Notes under the pieces: model-generated
Database searches by the model: none
Seen by the model: only the letters and a program-made list of their open reading frames with translations
Told to the model about the DNA's origin: nothing
Position numbers and translations under genes: made by a program
Shown: in pieces, positions 48,567 to 58,995 of the stretch
Layout: the number at the start of each line of letters is the position of its first letter
Position numbering within the stretch: the first letter of the stretch is position 1
Assembly: GCA_002686365.1 (NCBI GenBank)
Contig: NZBZ01000001.1
Coordinates: 58,405-122,404 of the forward strand
Direction of reading: 5' to 3'
Source: a bacterium
Lineage (GTDB): Bacteria; Patescibacteriota; Minisyncoccia; UBA6257; GWB1-50-10
Length of the DNA stretch: 64,000 nt

Positions 48567-49394
48567 TTATCTTTTTGTTTTTCTTCGTTTGATGATTAGC
48601 GTATTCGACCACTTCTTTTTCTTTCTTGTTTTTCTTCCTCCAGTTACCTTGCCCCATTTTGTCTTTGGCCGCTTTGTTCCGCGCTGAGCTCTGCCTTCTC
48701 CTCCTCCGTATGGATGATCAACGGCGTTCATTGCAGATCCTCGCACAGTTGGACGAATTCCTCTCCATCTTGACCTTCCTGCTTTTCCAAGAACCTCCAA
48801 ATTATGCTCTGAATTTGATACCTTTCCAATTGTTGCGTATCCGCTCTTTAAAACTTTACGAACTTCTCCAGATGGAATCTTTAACTGCGCATACTTGCCC
48901 TCGTTTCCCAAAACTTGAACTGCTGAGCCGGCAGACCTTGCGAGCTGCCCTCCTTTTTTTGGAGTAAGTTCTACGTTGTGTACAAATGTTCCCACTGGAA
49001 TTCTTTCCAGTTTTGTTCGATTTCCTTCTTTAAACTCTGCTTTTTCTGATGTGATAATTTTGCTTCCTTTTCGCAGTTCGTCTGATGCAAGGATATAACG
49101 CCTTTCTCCATCTTCGTATATAACCTTTGCAATATGCGCTGAACGATATGGGTCATATTCAATGCCTTCTACCCTTCCCCACACATCAAATTTTTTCTGC
49201 TTAAAATCAACAATGCGATACTGCTTTTTATGCCCTCCGCCTTTATGTCGCGTTGTTATCCTTCCTTTACTGTTTCGTCCTGCTCGTTTTTTCAAATGCT
49301 TTAAGAGGGCCTTTGCCGGCTTTTCTTTTGACAAATCCGCAGTTGCTTTTGTCATTCCTCTTCGTCCTGGTGATGTTGGTTTATACTTCTTCAT
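48567..49394 (-). CDS. rplB: 50S ribosomal protein L2
   Basis: ...[13 protein letters not shown]... and a C-terminal GGGEGR motif. Confidence 0.95.
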   Translation of the reverse strand: MKKYKPTSPGRRGMTKATADLSKEKPAKALLKHLKKRAGRNSKGRITTRHKGGGHKKQYRIVDFKQKKFDVWGRVEGIEYDPYRSAHIAKVIYEDGERRYILASDELRKGSKIITSEKAEFKEGNRTKLERIPVGTFVHNVELTPKKGGQLARSAGSAVQVLGNEGKYAQLKIPSGEVRKVLKSGYATIGKVSNSEHNLEVLGKAGRSRWRGIRPTVRGSAMNAVDHPYGGGEGRAQRGTKRPKTKWGKVTGGRKTRKKKKWSNTLIIKRRKTKR

Positions 49395-49398
49395 ACTT

Positions 49399-49815
49399 TT
49401 AGACCATATCTATCTTTTCTCCTTTCTTTAACGTTACTATTGCCTTTTTAAAACCTGATTTTTTTCCTGTAGAAGATCGAAATCTTTTTGTCTTTCCCTG
49501 ACGCCTTATTGTCCTTACACTTTTTATACCCACCTTATATCGGAATTCTATTTCTTCTTTTATTGTTTTTTTATTTGCGCCTGCTTGTACGTGAAATACA
49601 TAGGCGTTTTGCTCTACTAGGCTGGATGCCTTTTCACTTATCCAAGGATTTTTCACTCTGTACGCGTCTATCTTTCCCTCAACCTCGTCAGTGCGTCTTT
49701 GTTTTTTTGCCTTGGACGGAGTACTTGATTTTACGGCTTTTTTATCAGCCTTCTTATCAGATGCCGCCTCCTTCTTTTTTGGCCCTCCTTTAAATATGTT
49801 TTTGAAAATTGCCAT
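49399..49815 (-). CDS. rplW: 50S ribosomal protein L23 with N-terminal Lys-rich extension
   Basis: YVFHVQAGANKKTIKEEIEFRYKVGIKSVRT. Confidence 0.8.
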   Translation of the reverse strand: MAIFKNIFKGGPKKKEAASDKKADKKAVKSSTPSKAKKQRRTDEVEGKIDAYRVKNPWISEKASSLVEQNAYVFHVQAGANKKTIKEEIEFRYKVGIKSVRTIRRQGKTKRFRSSTGKKSGFKKAIVTLKKGEKIDMV

Positions 49816-49833
49816 ATTGTTAGCTTATAGCTT

Positions 49834-50502
49834 TTAGCTTTTAGCTTCCTTAGTTTTTTTCTTTCCAGTCTGGTTGTTTATAAATTCTTCTACTGCCTCT
49901 TTTTCAAAGATAATGAGCTTGTGCGTTATGCAGTCCCGCAGATTCACTCCGTTTGGATATGTAATTTTGTTCTTTTCTATATTTCTACCTGCAAGAATAG
50001 AATTTTTTTCTCCCTGCTTGGAAACAAGAAGAGTCGTCAGTCTTGTCTTTTTTTCTACTTTTGTTATTTCTTTGATCGCCTCTGTCATTTGTTTTGTTTT
50101 TGGCTCTGTAACTCCAAAGGTGTCTAATATTTTTACTTCTCCGTCTTTTAGCTTTCTTGAAAGAGTTGAATAGAGAGCTCTTTTTCGCATCTTTTTATTT
50201 ACTTTTTTTGTAAAGTTTCTTTCTTTTAGCGGGCCAAACGTAACACCTCCTCCAGCCCAGATTGGAGATCGGCTTGAGCCGTGACGCGCTCGTCCGGTTC
50301 CCTTTTGTCTCCATGGTTTTTTTCCTCCTCCCCGCACTTCGCTTCTGTCTTTTGCGTGCGCCAAAGGACTTCTCCTGCTTGATTGCATAGAAGTAAACAC
50401 TTGGTGTACGAGATTTGGATTCCACGGCCTTCCAAAGATTTCATTTGAAAGCTCTATGGTCCCACCTTTCTTATTCTCTTTGTTTAAAATATCTACCTTC
50501 AT
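49834..50502 (-). CDS. rplD: 50S ribosomal protein L4
   Basis: ...GGGKKPWRQKGTGRARHGS. Confidence 0.85.
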   Translation of the reverse strand: MKVDILNKENKKGGTIELSNEIFGRPWNPNLVHQVFTSMQSSRRSPLAHAKDRSEVRGGGKKPWRQKGTGRARHGSSRSPIWAGGGVTFGPLKERNFTKKVNKKMRKRALYSTLSRKLKDGEVKILDTFGVTEPKTKQMTEAIKEITKVEKKTRLTTLLVSKQGEKNSILAGRNIEKNKITYPNGVNLRDCITHKLIIFEKEAVEEFINNQTGKKKTKEAKS

Positions 50503-50506
50503 GATA

Positions 50507-51061
50507 TTAGCTTTTATCTGCCTGCGCAGGCAGGGCTTCGTTAGCTTTATTGTCTGCCTCCTTTTTCTTTTCTTCTTTTTCCTGTTTTTTCTTGGATGGT
50601 TCTGATGTTTCTGCTTTTTCTTTCTTTTCTTCTTTTAGACCTGTGATGTGGATTTCAACCTCACTACCTCTCATGCCTGGAACTGGTCCTTTTACGAGAA
50701 TTGTTTTCTCTTCGAAATTTATTTCTTCTACGCACACATTTTTAACAGTGAGATTTTCACCCCCCATACGGCCGGCCATCTTCTGGCCTGGAATAACTCT
50801 TGCAGGATCTGTTGCTCCGATTGAGCCTGGAGCGCGAAGACTGTGTTTCTGACCGTGAGATGCCGGACCTCCGTGAAATCCGTGTCGTTTTACCACGCCC
50901 TGAAATCCCTTCCCCTTACTTTTTCCTCGGATGTGTACAATATCTCCTTCTTTTAGTTCTTTCTCCCCTTCTTTTTCAATCCTTAATACGGTAACCGGAA
51001 TTACCGCATCCTCCTTCCAAATTTGGGTCATGCCCACCTTTTTTGCTGCTACTTTTGTCAT
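50507..51061 (-). CDS. rplC: 50S ribosomal protein L3 with KE-rich tail
   Basis: ...KKVGMTQIW...GKSKGKGFQGVVKRHGF. The start was placed at the internal MTKVAAKK. Confidence 0.85.
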   Translation of the reverse strand: MTKVAAKKVGMTQIWKEDAVIPVTVLRIEKEGEKELKEGDIVHIRGKSKGKGFQGVVKRHGFHGGPASHGQKHSLRAPGSIGATDPARVIPGQKMAGRMGGENLTVKNVCVEEINFEEKTILVKGPVPGMRGSEVEIHITGLKEEKKEKAETSEPSKKKQEKEEKKKEADNKANEALPAQADKS

Positions 51062-51094
51062 ACTAACCATGCTAAAAAAAATAACCAAGACCAT

Positions 51095-51484
51095 GCCCGG
51101 CTATTCCATAGAGCTATTCCATAGACGTCCGAGAGGTCTTTAAATGACATCGGGGAGGTCTTACTATGTAAGATTAATTCCCGTCCAAGGGATTGTAGCG
51201 TATATGTGTTTTTTTGTAAAGACAGCGAATATTGAACCGAGCACTCAATACATTGAGTGCTTAACAAGTTTAATATGTGCCAAGCACATAACGTCTTATG
51301 CGCTTGGTCCTCACAACATCGACCTCGCTAAAACTTACTTAGTTTAGTTGACGGCCGTCAACTAAACTAAGTAAACACCAATACGCTCGGGATGTTAGGT
51401 GCCCAGCACTCAAAGCTTTGAGTGCTGGATTAAGGTTTTGTTACTAAAACTGGAGCACTAATGCTCCAGTTTTAGACAAAGCCC
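51095..51484. repeat. cluster of five perfect palindromes inside the S10 operon (between rpsJ and rplC)
   Basis: The five are GAGCACTCAAT-aca-TTGAGTGCT, TGTGC-caa-GCACA, CTTAGTTTAGTTGACG-gc-CGTCAACTAAACTAAG, AGCACTCAAA-gc-TTTGAGTGCT and CTGGAGCA-cta-TGCTCCAG. Confidence 0.5.
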
Positions 51485-51811
51485 TTAACCCATTTTTACC
51501 TCAATGTCGACTCCTGCCGGGAGGTTTAAATCTGTGAGAGATTCTACGATTTTTTGCGCAGGATTTAGTATATCAATGAGGCGTTTATGTATTCTCATCT
51601 CAAACTGCTCTCTAGACTTTTTATGTACAAATGTAGAGCGATTTACAGTGTATTTTCGTATTTCTGTGGGCAGAGGAATTGGCCCTATTGCCTCACCCCC
51701 GTGCCTTTTAATTGCCTCAATAATCTGCTTGGCTGAGTTCTCAATCAACTTTGAATCATATGCCTTAATCCGAATCCGAAGTTTTTCTTTTGGTTCTTCT
51801 TTTTTTGGCAT
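51485..51811 (-). CDS. rpsJ: 30S ribosomal protein S10
   Basis: LRIRIKAYDSKLIENSAKQIIE... Canonical S10. Confidence 0.9.
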   Translation of the reverse strand: MPKKEEPKEKLRIRIKAYDSKLIENSAKQIIEAIKRHGGEAIGPIPLPTEIRKYTVNRSTFVHKKSREQFEMRIHKRLIDILNPAQKIVESLTDLNLPAGVDIEVKMG

Positions 51812-51880
51812 GTTTATTTGCTAATTTACACGAATTTGGATGCGCCTTAAGCGCACCCTGATTCACGTACATTGGCGAAT

Positions 51881-53080
51881 CTATTTAGTAATCTTTGTTA
51901 CAACTCCAGCGCCTACAGTCTTTCCTCCTTCGCGAATTGCGAATCTTTGCTTTTCTTCAAGCGCAACAGGGGCGATAAGCTTTATAGAAACGTTTGCGGT
52001 ATCTCCCGGCATTACCATCTCGATACCTTCTCCAAGCGTTACTTCACCCGTTACGTCAGTCGTTCTCAGATAGAACTGCGGCTTGTATCCTTTGAAGAAT
52101 GGAGTGTGTCGTCCGCCTTCCTCTTTGCTCAAGACATACACTTCTGCCTCGAATTCGGTGTGCGGCGTTACACTCCCCGGCTTTGCGACTACCTGACCTC
52201 GCTCTACGTCCTCTTTTTTGAGGCCGCGTAGAAGAACTCCTACGTTGTCACCAGCCTGACCTTCATCGAGGAGCTTCTGAAACATTTCTACTCCTGTAAC
52301 AACGGTCTTTTGCGTGTCACGGAGTCCAATGATTTCTATTTCCTCGTTTATTTTAACAATTCCTCTCTCAACTCTTCCGGTTACCACTGTTCCTCTTCCT
52401 TCAATTGAGAATACATCTTCAATTGGCATGAGAAACGGCTTATCAACATCTCTAACTGGCTCTGGGATGTTTGAATCGAGAGCTTCGACGAGTTCGAGTA
52501 TCGGCTTCGCATCTTCATCGTCAGCAGACTTTGTTTCCAAGGCTTTTAGTGCTGAACCTTTGATTATTGGAGTGTCGTCTCCCGGAAACTCATACTTATT
52601 CAAGAGCTCTCGAACTTCTGACTCCACGAGTTCGACGAGTTCTGGGTCGTCAACTGCGTCGGTCTTATTCAAGAAAACGATAATTGCTGGAACGCCCACC
52701 TGTCGCGCGAGAAGAATGTGCTCTCGCGTTTGAGGCATTGGGCCGTCTGCAGCAGAGACTACAAGAACTGCGCCATCCATTTGCGCTGCGCCGGTAATCA
52801 TGTTTTTGATGTAGTCGGCGTGTCCTGGCGCGTCAATGTGCGCATAGTGTCTCTTTTCTGACTCATACTCTGAGTGATGCAGTGCAATAGTAATTCCACG
52901 CTCTTTTTCTTCAGGAGCATTATCGATCTGATCAACACCTTCTGCCTTTTTTGCAAGTCCTTTCATATTAAGAACGTGCATCATTGCCGCAGTAAGAGTT
53001 GTCTTTCCGTGGTCGACGTGTCCAATTGTTCCAACATTTACATGAGGTTTGGACCTGTCAAATTTTTCTTTTTCAGCCAT
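51881..53080 (-). CDS. tuf: elongation factor Tu
   Basis: [22 protein letters not shown]. Full EF-Tu. Confidence 0.95.
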   Translation of the reverse strand: MAEKEKFDRSKPHVNVGTIGHVDHGKTTLTAAMMHVLNMKGLAKKAEGVDQIDNAPEEKERGITIALHHSEYESEKRHYAHIDAPGHADYIKNMITGAAQMDGAVLVVSAADGPMPQTREHILLARQVGVPAIIVFLNKTDAVDDPELVELVESEVRELLNKYEFPGDDTPIIKGSALKALETKSADDEDAKPILELVEALDSNIPEPVRDVDKPFLMPIEDVFSIEGRGTVVTGRVERGIVKINEEIEIIGLRDTQKTVVTGVEMFQKLLDEGQAGDNVGVLLRGLKKEDVERGQVVAKPGSVTPHTEFEAEVYVLSKEEGGRHTPFFKGYKPQFYLRTTDVTGEVTLGEGIEMVMPGDTANVSIKLIAPVALEEKQRFAIREGGKTVGAGVVTKITK

Positions 53081-53260
53081 GGTTAGTAATTAGCTTATAG
53101 CTTCATTAGCTTGTTAGCTTTCGGAGTTTATTTTTCCTATGAGCTAACAGCTAAAAACTAAAGAGCTATTATATATTTCGACCTATGAACACAAATAAAA
53201 TGTGTGCTTTATTATATCAAACCCATTTATTATTGGCTATTTGGTAAGAATTTGTCAATT

Positions 53261-55396
53261 TTACTGCTTTTTTCCTTCTGCAATCTCTTCCGCAATATTA
53301 CCTGGCACTTCCTCATAATGATCAAATTCCATGCTGAATGAGCCTCTTCCCTGAGTCATTGAACGAAGAGTTGTTGAATATCCAAACATTTCTGCGAGCG
53401 GTATATTCGCCTCAATTACCCGAATTTTCTCACCCTCTCCCATCTCAAGAATACTGCCTCTTTTCGAACTTACATCTCCTGTCGTGTCTCCAAGAAAGTT
53501 TTCCGGAATGATAATCTGAACCTTCATAATTGGCTCTAGGAGTATTGGCTTTGCCCGTTTTGCCCCCTCCTGAAGCGCCATTGATGCTGCGATTTTAAAT
53601 GCCATTTCAGAAGAGTCAACATCATGGAATGAGCCGTCATAAAGAGTTACCTGCATATCTACCATTTGGTATCCGGCTACGATTCCCTTGTCCATTGCCT
53701 CTTTGATTCCTTTTTCTACTGCGGGTATAAATTCCTGAGGAATAGTTCCTCCTTTAATTTTGTTTATAAATTCAAAACCAGTTCCTTTCTCAAGAGGTTC
53801 AATTTTCAGCCATACATGTCCGTACTGACCGCGTCCTCCGGACTGACGAATATACTTCCCTTCTGCTTCAGCCACTGCCTTAATTGTTTCTTTATAGGCA
53901 ACTTGCGGCCGTCCAACACTCGCTTCTACGCTAAACTCTCTTTTCATTCTTTCTACAAGAACTTCAAGATGGAGCTCTCCCATTCCAGCAATTATTGTCT
54001 GCCCTGTTTCTTCATCGCTTCCAACTTGGAATGTTGGGTCTTCTTCCGCGAGCTTTCGCAGAGCTATACTCATTTTTTCCTGGTCAACTTTTGTTTTTGG
54101 TTCAATTCCTACTGAAATTACCGGCTCTGGAAATGTAATAGCCTCAAGAAGCACTGGCTTTTCTGGGTCTGTGAGCGTATCTCCGGTCGTTGTATCTTTT
54201 AATCCTACGATTGCTCCTAAGTCTCCTGCATATATCTCGTCAACTTCTTCTCTGTGGTTTGCGTGGATACGCAGCATTCTTCCTACTCGCTCTTGCTTCT
54301 CTTTTGTTGTGTTTAGAATATAGCTCCCCTTCTTCATTGTTCCTGAATATATTCGAAAGAAGGTTAGTGACCCTACGAATGGATCAGATGCTATTTTAAA
54401 AGCAATGGCTGCAAGCGGCTCCTCATCTTTAGGGTGACGCTCTTCGTCTTCGTGAGTTTTTGGATTTATTCCTTTTACCGGAGGAACTTCTGATGGAGAT
54501 GGAAGATAGTCGATTACTGCATCAAGAAGAAGCTGTACTCCTTTATTTTTAAGAGCTGAGCCGCAAAAGACAGGGACTATCTTGTTCTCTATTGTTGCTT
54601 TTCGCAAGGCAATCTTCAGGTCTTTAATTGGAATTTCTTTCTCATCAAGATATGCCTCAAGGAGCTTTTCATCTGTTTCTGCTATTGCTTCTATTGTTTT
54701 CTTTCGAGTTTTTTCTACTTCTTCTTTCATGCCTTTTGGCACTTCTTCCTCTATAATATTTTCTCCTTTTTCTCCTTCGAACTTGTATGCCCTTTGTTTT
54801 AAGATATCTACAATACCTTCGAAATTCGCCTCCTCTCCTATTGGAAGCTGAAGAGGAATTGCATTTTTTGTAAGCCGTTCCCTGATTGATTCAAAGCTTT
54901 TTTCAAAACTTGCTCCAGTTCTATCTAGTTTATTGATAAAACATATTCTCGGCACCTTGTATTCATCTGCATAGTGCCAATTTGTCTCGGATTGAGGCTC
55001 TACTCCAGCTACTCCATCAAACACAACTACTGCGCCGTCGAGAACGCGGAGTGAGCGTTTCACCTCTACTGTGAAGTCTATGTGTCCGGGAGTATCTATG
55101 ATATTAATGCGGTGTTCATGCTCCTTCTTTATTTTTTCGAGCTCCTCTTCACCTTTCCCCTCCTTCTTATCTGTTGAAATCCAAAAGCAGGTTGTTGCTG
55201 CTGCAGTTATGGTAATTCCTCTTTCTTTTTCCTGCTCCATCCAGTCCATGATTGCTTCTCCTTCGTGGACTTCTCCAATTTTATGAGAAATGCCTGTATA
55301 AAAAAGTACCCGTTCGGTTACAGTTGTTTTACCAGCATCAATATGAGCTATGATGCCTATATCTCTTACTTTTTCTATTGGGTACTGTCTTGGCAT
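53261..55396 (-). CDS. fusA: elongation factor G
   Basis: [13 protein letters not shown], a GTPase domain, and EF-G domains II-V. Confidence 0.95.
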   Translation of the reverse strand: MPRQYPIEKVRDIGIIAHIDAGKTTVTERVLFYTGISHKIGEVHEGEAIMDWMEQEKERGITITAAATTCFWISTDKKEGKGEEELEKIKKEHEHRINIIDTPGHIDFTVEVKRSLRVLDGAVVVFDGVAGVEPQSETNWHYADEYKVPRICFINKLDRTGASFEKSFESIRERLTKNAIPLQLPIGEEANFEGIVDILKQRAYKFEGEKGENIIEEEVPKGMKEEVEKTRKKTIEAIAETDEKLLEAYLDEKEIPIKDLKIALRKATIENKIVPVFCGSALKNKGVQLLLDAVIDYLPSPSEVPPVKGINPKTHEDEERHPKDEEPLAAIAFKIASDPFVGSLTFFRIYSGTMKKGSYILNTTKEKQERVGRMLRIHANHREEVDEIYAGDLGAIVGLKDTTTGDTLTDPEKPVLLEAITFPEPVISVGIEPKTKVDQEKMSIALRKLAEEDPTFQVGSDEETGQTIIAGMGELHLEVLVERMKREFSVEASVGRPQVAYKETIKAVAEAEGKYIRQSGGRGQYGHVWLKIEPLEKGTGFEFINKIKGGTIPQEFIPAVEKGIKEAMDKGIVAGYQMVDMQVTLYDGSFHDVDSSEMAFKIAASMALQEGAKRAKPILLEPIMKVQIIIPENFLGDTTGDVSSKRGSILEMGEGEKIRVIEANIPLAEMFGYSTTLRSMTQGRGSFSMEFDHYEEVPGNIAEEIAEGKKQ

Positions 55397-55450
55397 GCCT
55401 AAAATCAGCTTATAGCTTTTAGCTTGTAGCTTATGGCTTGTATAATTTTA

Positions 55451-55924
55451 CTATCTTCTAACAAAGCTTGCGAAGGCGCGGTTTGCCTCTGCTACTCTAT
55501 GCGTGTCCTGCTTCTTCTTTATTGCCTCACCTTCATTTTTTGATGCTGCGATTATTTGCTCGGCAAGCTCTTTGTGCATCGGCTTTCCTTTCTTAGATTT
55601 TGCCGCGTTTATAATCCAATGTGCTGCTAAAAAGAATTTTCTTTCCGGACGAACTTCCATGGGGATTTGATAGTTTGCGCCTCCTACTCTGCGGGAAACT
55701 ACCTCTACCATAGGAGTAGCATTTGCCATCGCGTCCTCAAACGTTTTTGCGGGGTCAGACTTTGTTTTTTTCTTTACTTCTTCAAGCGCCCCATAAAATA
55801 TTTTTTCTGCTACGGCTTTCTCTCCGTCTAACATTATATAGTTAATAAACCGACCCATGTCGATTCTTCCATATTTAAAATCCGGTTTTGAATCAATTTT
55901 TTTGTATGCTCCTCTTTTTCTCAT
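55451..55924 (-). CDS. rpsG: 30S ribosomal protein S7
   Basis: S7 family. Confidence 0.9.
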   Translation of the reverse strand: MRKRGAYKKIDSKPDFKYGRIDMGRFINYIMLDGEKAVAEKIFYGALEEVKKKTKSDPAKTFEDAMANATPMVEVVSRRVGGANYQIPMEVRPERKFFLAAHWIINAAKSKKGKPMHKELAEQIIAASKNEGEAIKKKQDTHRVAEANRAFASFVRR

Positions 55925-55926
55925 GA

Positions 55927-56406
55927 TTATTCTTCTTTAGGCGCTTCTTCGGGCGCTTCTTTTGGCTCCTCTGATTTTTCCTTTGCTGCCTTATCGCCCT
56001 TGCCTTTTTTAGATCCATACTTTGAGCGTCCTCTTTTTCGTTCTGCAACTCCTTCGGTGTCGAGCCTTCCTCGTACAATGTGATACCTAACACCCGGCAA
56101 ATCTTTTACTCTTCCTCCCCGAAGAAGGACTACGGAGTGTTCCTGCAGATTATGCCCTTCGCCTGGAATGTATGCTGAAACCTCCATTCCATTTGTAAGA
56201 CGTACACGAGCTACTTTTCTGAGCGCAGAGTTTGGTTTTTTTGGTGTGGTTGTAAATACCTTTACACACACTCCTCGTTTGAATGGAGAGGGTGATTTTA
56301 CTGGTCTGTTTTTTATGTAATTAAAATATGACCGGAGTGCCGGTGTCTTTTCCTTTTTGGAAGATCTCTTTCTGGCTTTTTTGATAAGTTGGTTTGTTGA
56401 CGGCAT
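55927..56406 (-). CDS. rpsL: 30S ribosomal protein S12 with about 30-aa C-terminal extension
   Basis: ...[21 protein letters not shown]...[25 protein letters not shown]. Confidence 0.9.
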   Translation of the reverse strand: MPSTNQLIKKARKRSSKKEKTPALRSYFNYIKNRPVKSPSPFKRGVCVKVFTTTPKKPNSALRKVARVRLTNGMEVSAYIPGEGHNLQEHSVVLLRGGRVKDLPGVRYHIVRGRLDTEGVAERKRGRSKYGSKKGKGDKAAKEKSEEPKEAPEEAPKEE

Positions 56407-56505
56407 AAACTAGCTTATAGCTTCTATATTATATAAATTATATGAAGCGGTTTAAGGATATGGGAAAAAACCTCTATTTGTCAAGTGTTTTAGGTGTTTT
56501 TTGCT

Positions 56506-57111
56506 TTATATAAGGAGTTCAAAAAGGAAGTTTATGATTGGAGTGATTATACGGAAGCCAAAAAAGATGAAAAATACAAGAAGAATCATTCCATATCTCT
56601 CTAGAAATGCCCGCATTTGATATGCAGAACGAGGAAGGAGGGCAAATAGAACTTTTGAGCCGTCTAATGGAGGCAGCGGGACCAGATTAAAGACTGCAAG
56701 AATCACATTTACCCATACAATCATTGCAAAAAGCGGGTATGTTGCTGCAAGAATCGGAACATTTACTACTATGCTTATCCGCACCAATGCCCCGAAAATT
56801 GCGGCAATAAGAAGATTGCTTAAGGGGCCTGCGATAGCAATTAGAGCTGCATCTCGTTCAGGATTCTTTAAGTGATAGGGATTATATGGAACTGGTTTTG
56901 CCCATCCGAAAATAAAACTTCCTGGCAGAATTGCGAGAAGCAAAGGAAGAATAACTGAACCAAAAGGGTCAAGATGCTTTATTGGATTTAACGTAAGACG
57001 GCCTGCAAGCCGCGCAGTTGGATCGCCGAGCCTATCCGCAACAAAGCCATGGGTCACTTCATGTACCACGACTGACAGGATAAGAACAATTATTAGAAAA
57101 ATAGTATCCAC
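56506..57111 (-). CDS. membrane metalloprotease, site-2 protease (M50)-like
   Basis: HEVTHGF (HExxH) in TM1, multi-TM, and a second motif around LDGSK. Confidence 0.55.
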   Translation of the reverse strand: MDTIFLIIVLILSVVVHEVTHGFVADRLGDPTARLAGRLTLNPIKHLDPFGSVILPLLLAILPGSFIFGWAKPVPYNPYHLKNPERDAALIAIAGPLSNLLIAAIFGALVRISIVVNVPILAATYPLFAMIVWVNVILAVFNLVPLPPLDGSKVLFALLPRSAYQMRAFLERYGMILLVFFIFFGFRIITPIINFLFELLI

Positions 57112-57190
57112 AAAGATTAAATGTCAGAAATTATTTATGAATCATTAATTATATACATTTTTCGGAATTTTGTGCTAGAATAATTTTCGT

Positions 57191-57811
57191 ATGAAAGGAT
57201 TTTCACGATTAGTACTGTTTCTCACACTCATTGTTCTTGTAGTTGGGTTCTTTATGGTTTTGAACCGACTTTCAGATATTCGTGGTGAGATTCAGACAAT
57301 TCAGCTTGCCCTTGATTTGTCAGGCAATTCAGAAGGACAGATTATTTCTGAAGGTGAGGAGAATGAGCCTTCAGAAGACGGCTCAACTGAGCCGCAGGAG
57401 TCTTCGGTGGTGGGCATTCCAACTGCTATTATTTTTAATACCATGTCGAGCCCCACACTTCAGCCGCAGACAAATATTGCTGTGATTGTTGAGAATGTTT
57501 CAAAAAGTGACGATGGGGAAGTTTTAGTACGGCTTAAGGCGTTTACGAGCGAGGCATCGTCCTATAGCGCCCTTCCTGTTCAGGATTTAGTTGAAATTGT
57601 TAATCTTTCTTCGGGAGTGAATCAGCGCCCAGCAGATGTTAAGGGAAGTTTCAGCTCAATCCCGCCAAAGAGTGTTGTGAGCGGCACAGCAGTATTCCGC
57701 GTATCTCTTACACAGCGTTCAATTATTCTGCAAATTAATGCAGATGATGAGATAAGATTTTATCAATTTAATTTTAATAAGAAGACATATAAAGAAATAG
57801 TCTTAGGATAA
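57191..57811 (+). CDS. membrane-anchored hypothetical protein
   Basis: N-terminal TM then a Ser/Glu-rich ectodomain. Confidence 0.4.
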   Translation: MKGFSRLVLFLTLIVLVVGFFMVLNRLSDIRGEIQTIQLALDLSGNSEGQIISEGEENEPSEDGSTEPQESSVVGIPTAIIFNTMSSPTLQPQTNIAVIVENVSKSDDGEVLVRLKAFTSEASSYSALPVQDLVEIVNLSSGVNQRPADVKGSFSSIPPKSVVSGTAVFRVSLTQRSIILQINADDEIRFYQFNFNKKTYKEIVLG

Positions 57812-57847
57812 TTGACACTTTTAAAGAAAGTGACTATTCTGCTTTTG

Positions 57848-57992
57848 TTATGAATCCCATCACCCTTGGCGCATAACATTGCGTAGGGCAAAGGGATAGA
57901 ATAAGATAATCAGGCATAAATACAATATTCAGTCGAAATAATATCTTTAAGTTGGCGACACAATGCGCCAAGAGTGAGGGATGAAACAGTGC
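57848..57992. mobile_element. MITE-like inverted-repeat element, copy 3 (inverted orientation)
   Basis: TGAATCCCATCACCCTTGGCGCAT ... ATGCGCCAAGAGTGAGGGATGAAA. The right end is the reverse complement of the copy-1 left end. Confidence 0.45.
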
Positions 57993-58169
57993 GAGGTTTG
58001 TAAAAAATCACATATGATGGGTGGGGTTCGGAAGCTTTTGCGCGGAAATTATAATCCTGTGAATTGGAAGAAAAAGAAGGCAAACATTCAGAAGACACTT
58101 GATCCCAAGACTGGGAAGCGGATTTTAGCGTGTACACGGTGCATTAAGACTATGGCAAAGACGAAATAA
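57981..58169 (+). CDS. rpmB: 50S ribosomal protein L28 (zinc-ribbon form)
   Basis: 62 aa with CEVCKK...ACTRC and a basic L28-like pattern. A strong palindromic terminator follows at 58246-58292. Confidence 0.6.
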   Translation: MKQCEVCKKSHMMGGVRKLLRGNYNPVNWKKKKANIQKTLDPKTGKRILACTRCIKTMAKTK

Positions 58170-58245
58170 GGATAAGCTAAAAGTTGGTAAGTTTGTAAGT
58201 TATGAGTTTAAAAGATGTCCATTTGTTGGGCGTTTTTGTTTTTCT

Positions 58246-58292
58246 CACTACCCTCATTCGTACGAATGAGGGTAGTGATGATTTTTTGTTTA
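58246..58292 (+). terminator. intrinsic terminator after rpmB
   Basis: Perfect 34-bp palindrome CACTACCCTCATTCGTACGAATGAGGGTAGTG, then a T-run. Confidence 0.7.
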
Positions 58293-58545
58293 ATTGACTT
58301 TTTGGCTGGGTTTTTTGATAATTTTAGTAGATATTGCTGGTAACGTGTTACGTACTTACTCTGCCTACCCTAAGTACGTCGCGGCTAGCGCGTTGTCAGC
58401 TCGTAATGAGCTTGTGAGATGGTAGCTCATTATGCTTTGAACTCCTCAAAAAAAGCTCCCCTCCTGTGTGTTGGGAGCTTCGTATTTCTGTAAAGAAAAT
58501 CCCTCACAACGGATGCGAGGGCTTATGGGTGTGCCGTAGGCTCGG

Positions 58546-58995
58546 CTACGACGTGAGAGGCAGGGGCGCTGCCTGAGCTGCCTCCGGAGGCGTGGTGATG
58601 ACGAGATCAACACGCATCGGCGTTTGCGGAGCCGTGGCAGGACTAACGGTATCCATAAGTCTGCTCATGCGGGCGATCAACTCTTGAAGCTCGGGGTGCA
58701 GAGTGCTTTCCGTTGTCATGGCATGAACTGCCGGAATCAGCTGCTGGTAGCAATCTCGACATATTCCGCCTGCTTCTCTGACATGCGTTGAGCACCGCTT
58801 CGTGTCGGCTTTGTGTGCCTCCAAGGTTTTGTCAAACTGTTCCACCAGCGCATCCAGGCAGTCTTTGAAGTCCGTTGGCACCTCAATCAGCATTTCACTA
58901 TCTCCTTCTCTGGCAGACCGGGAACGACAAAGCGCCAAGCTTCGGCACTTCCGGCTACCAAAGAAGAAGTCTGGGTTTTCAACGTGCTGTGGCAT
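58546..58995 (-). CDS. hypothetical protein with C-x2-H-x7-C-x2-C motif (GC-rich island 7)
   Basis: ORF of 149 aa. The likely real start is MLIEVPTDF. It contains CSTHVREAGGICRDC. No family was recognised. Confidence 0.3.
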   Translation of the reverse strand: MPQHVENPDFFFGSRKCRSLALCRSRSAREGDSEMLIEVPTDFKDCLDALVEQFDKTLEAHKADTKRCSTHVREAGGICRDCYQQLIPAVHAMTTESTLHPELQELIARMSRLMDTVSPATAPQTPMRVDLVITTPPEAAQAAPLPLTS

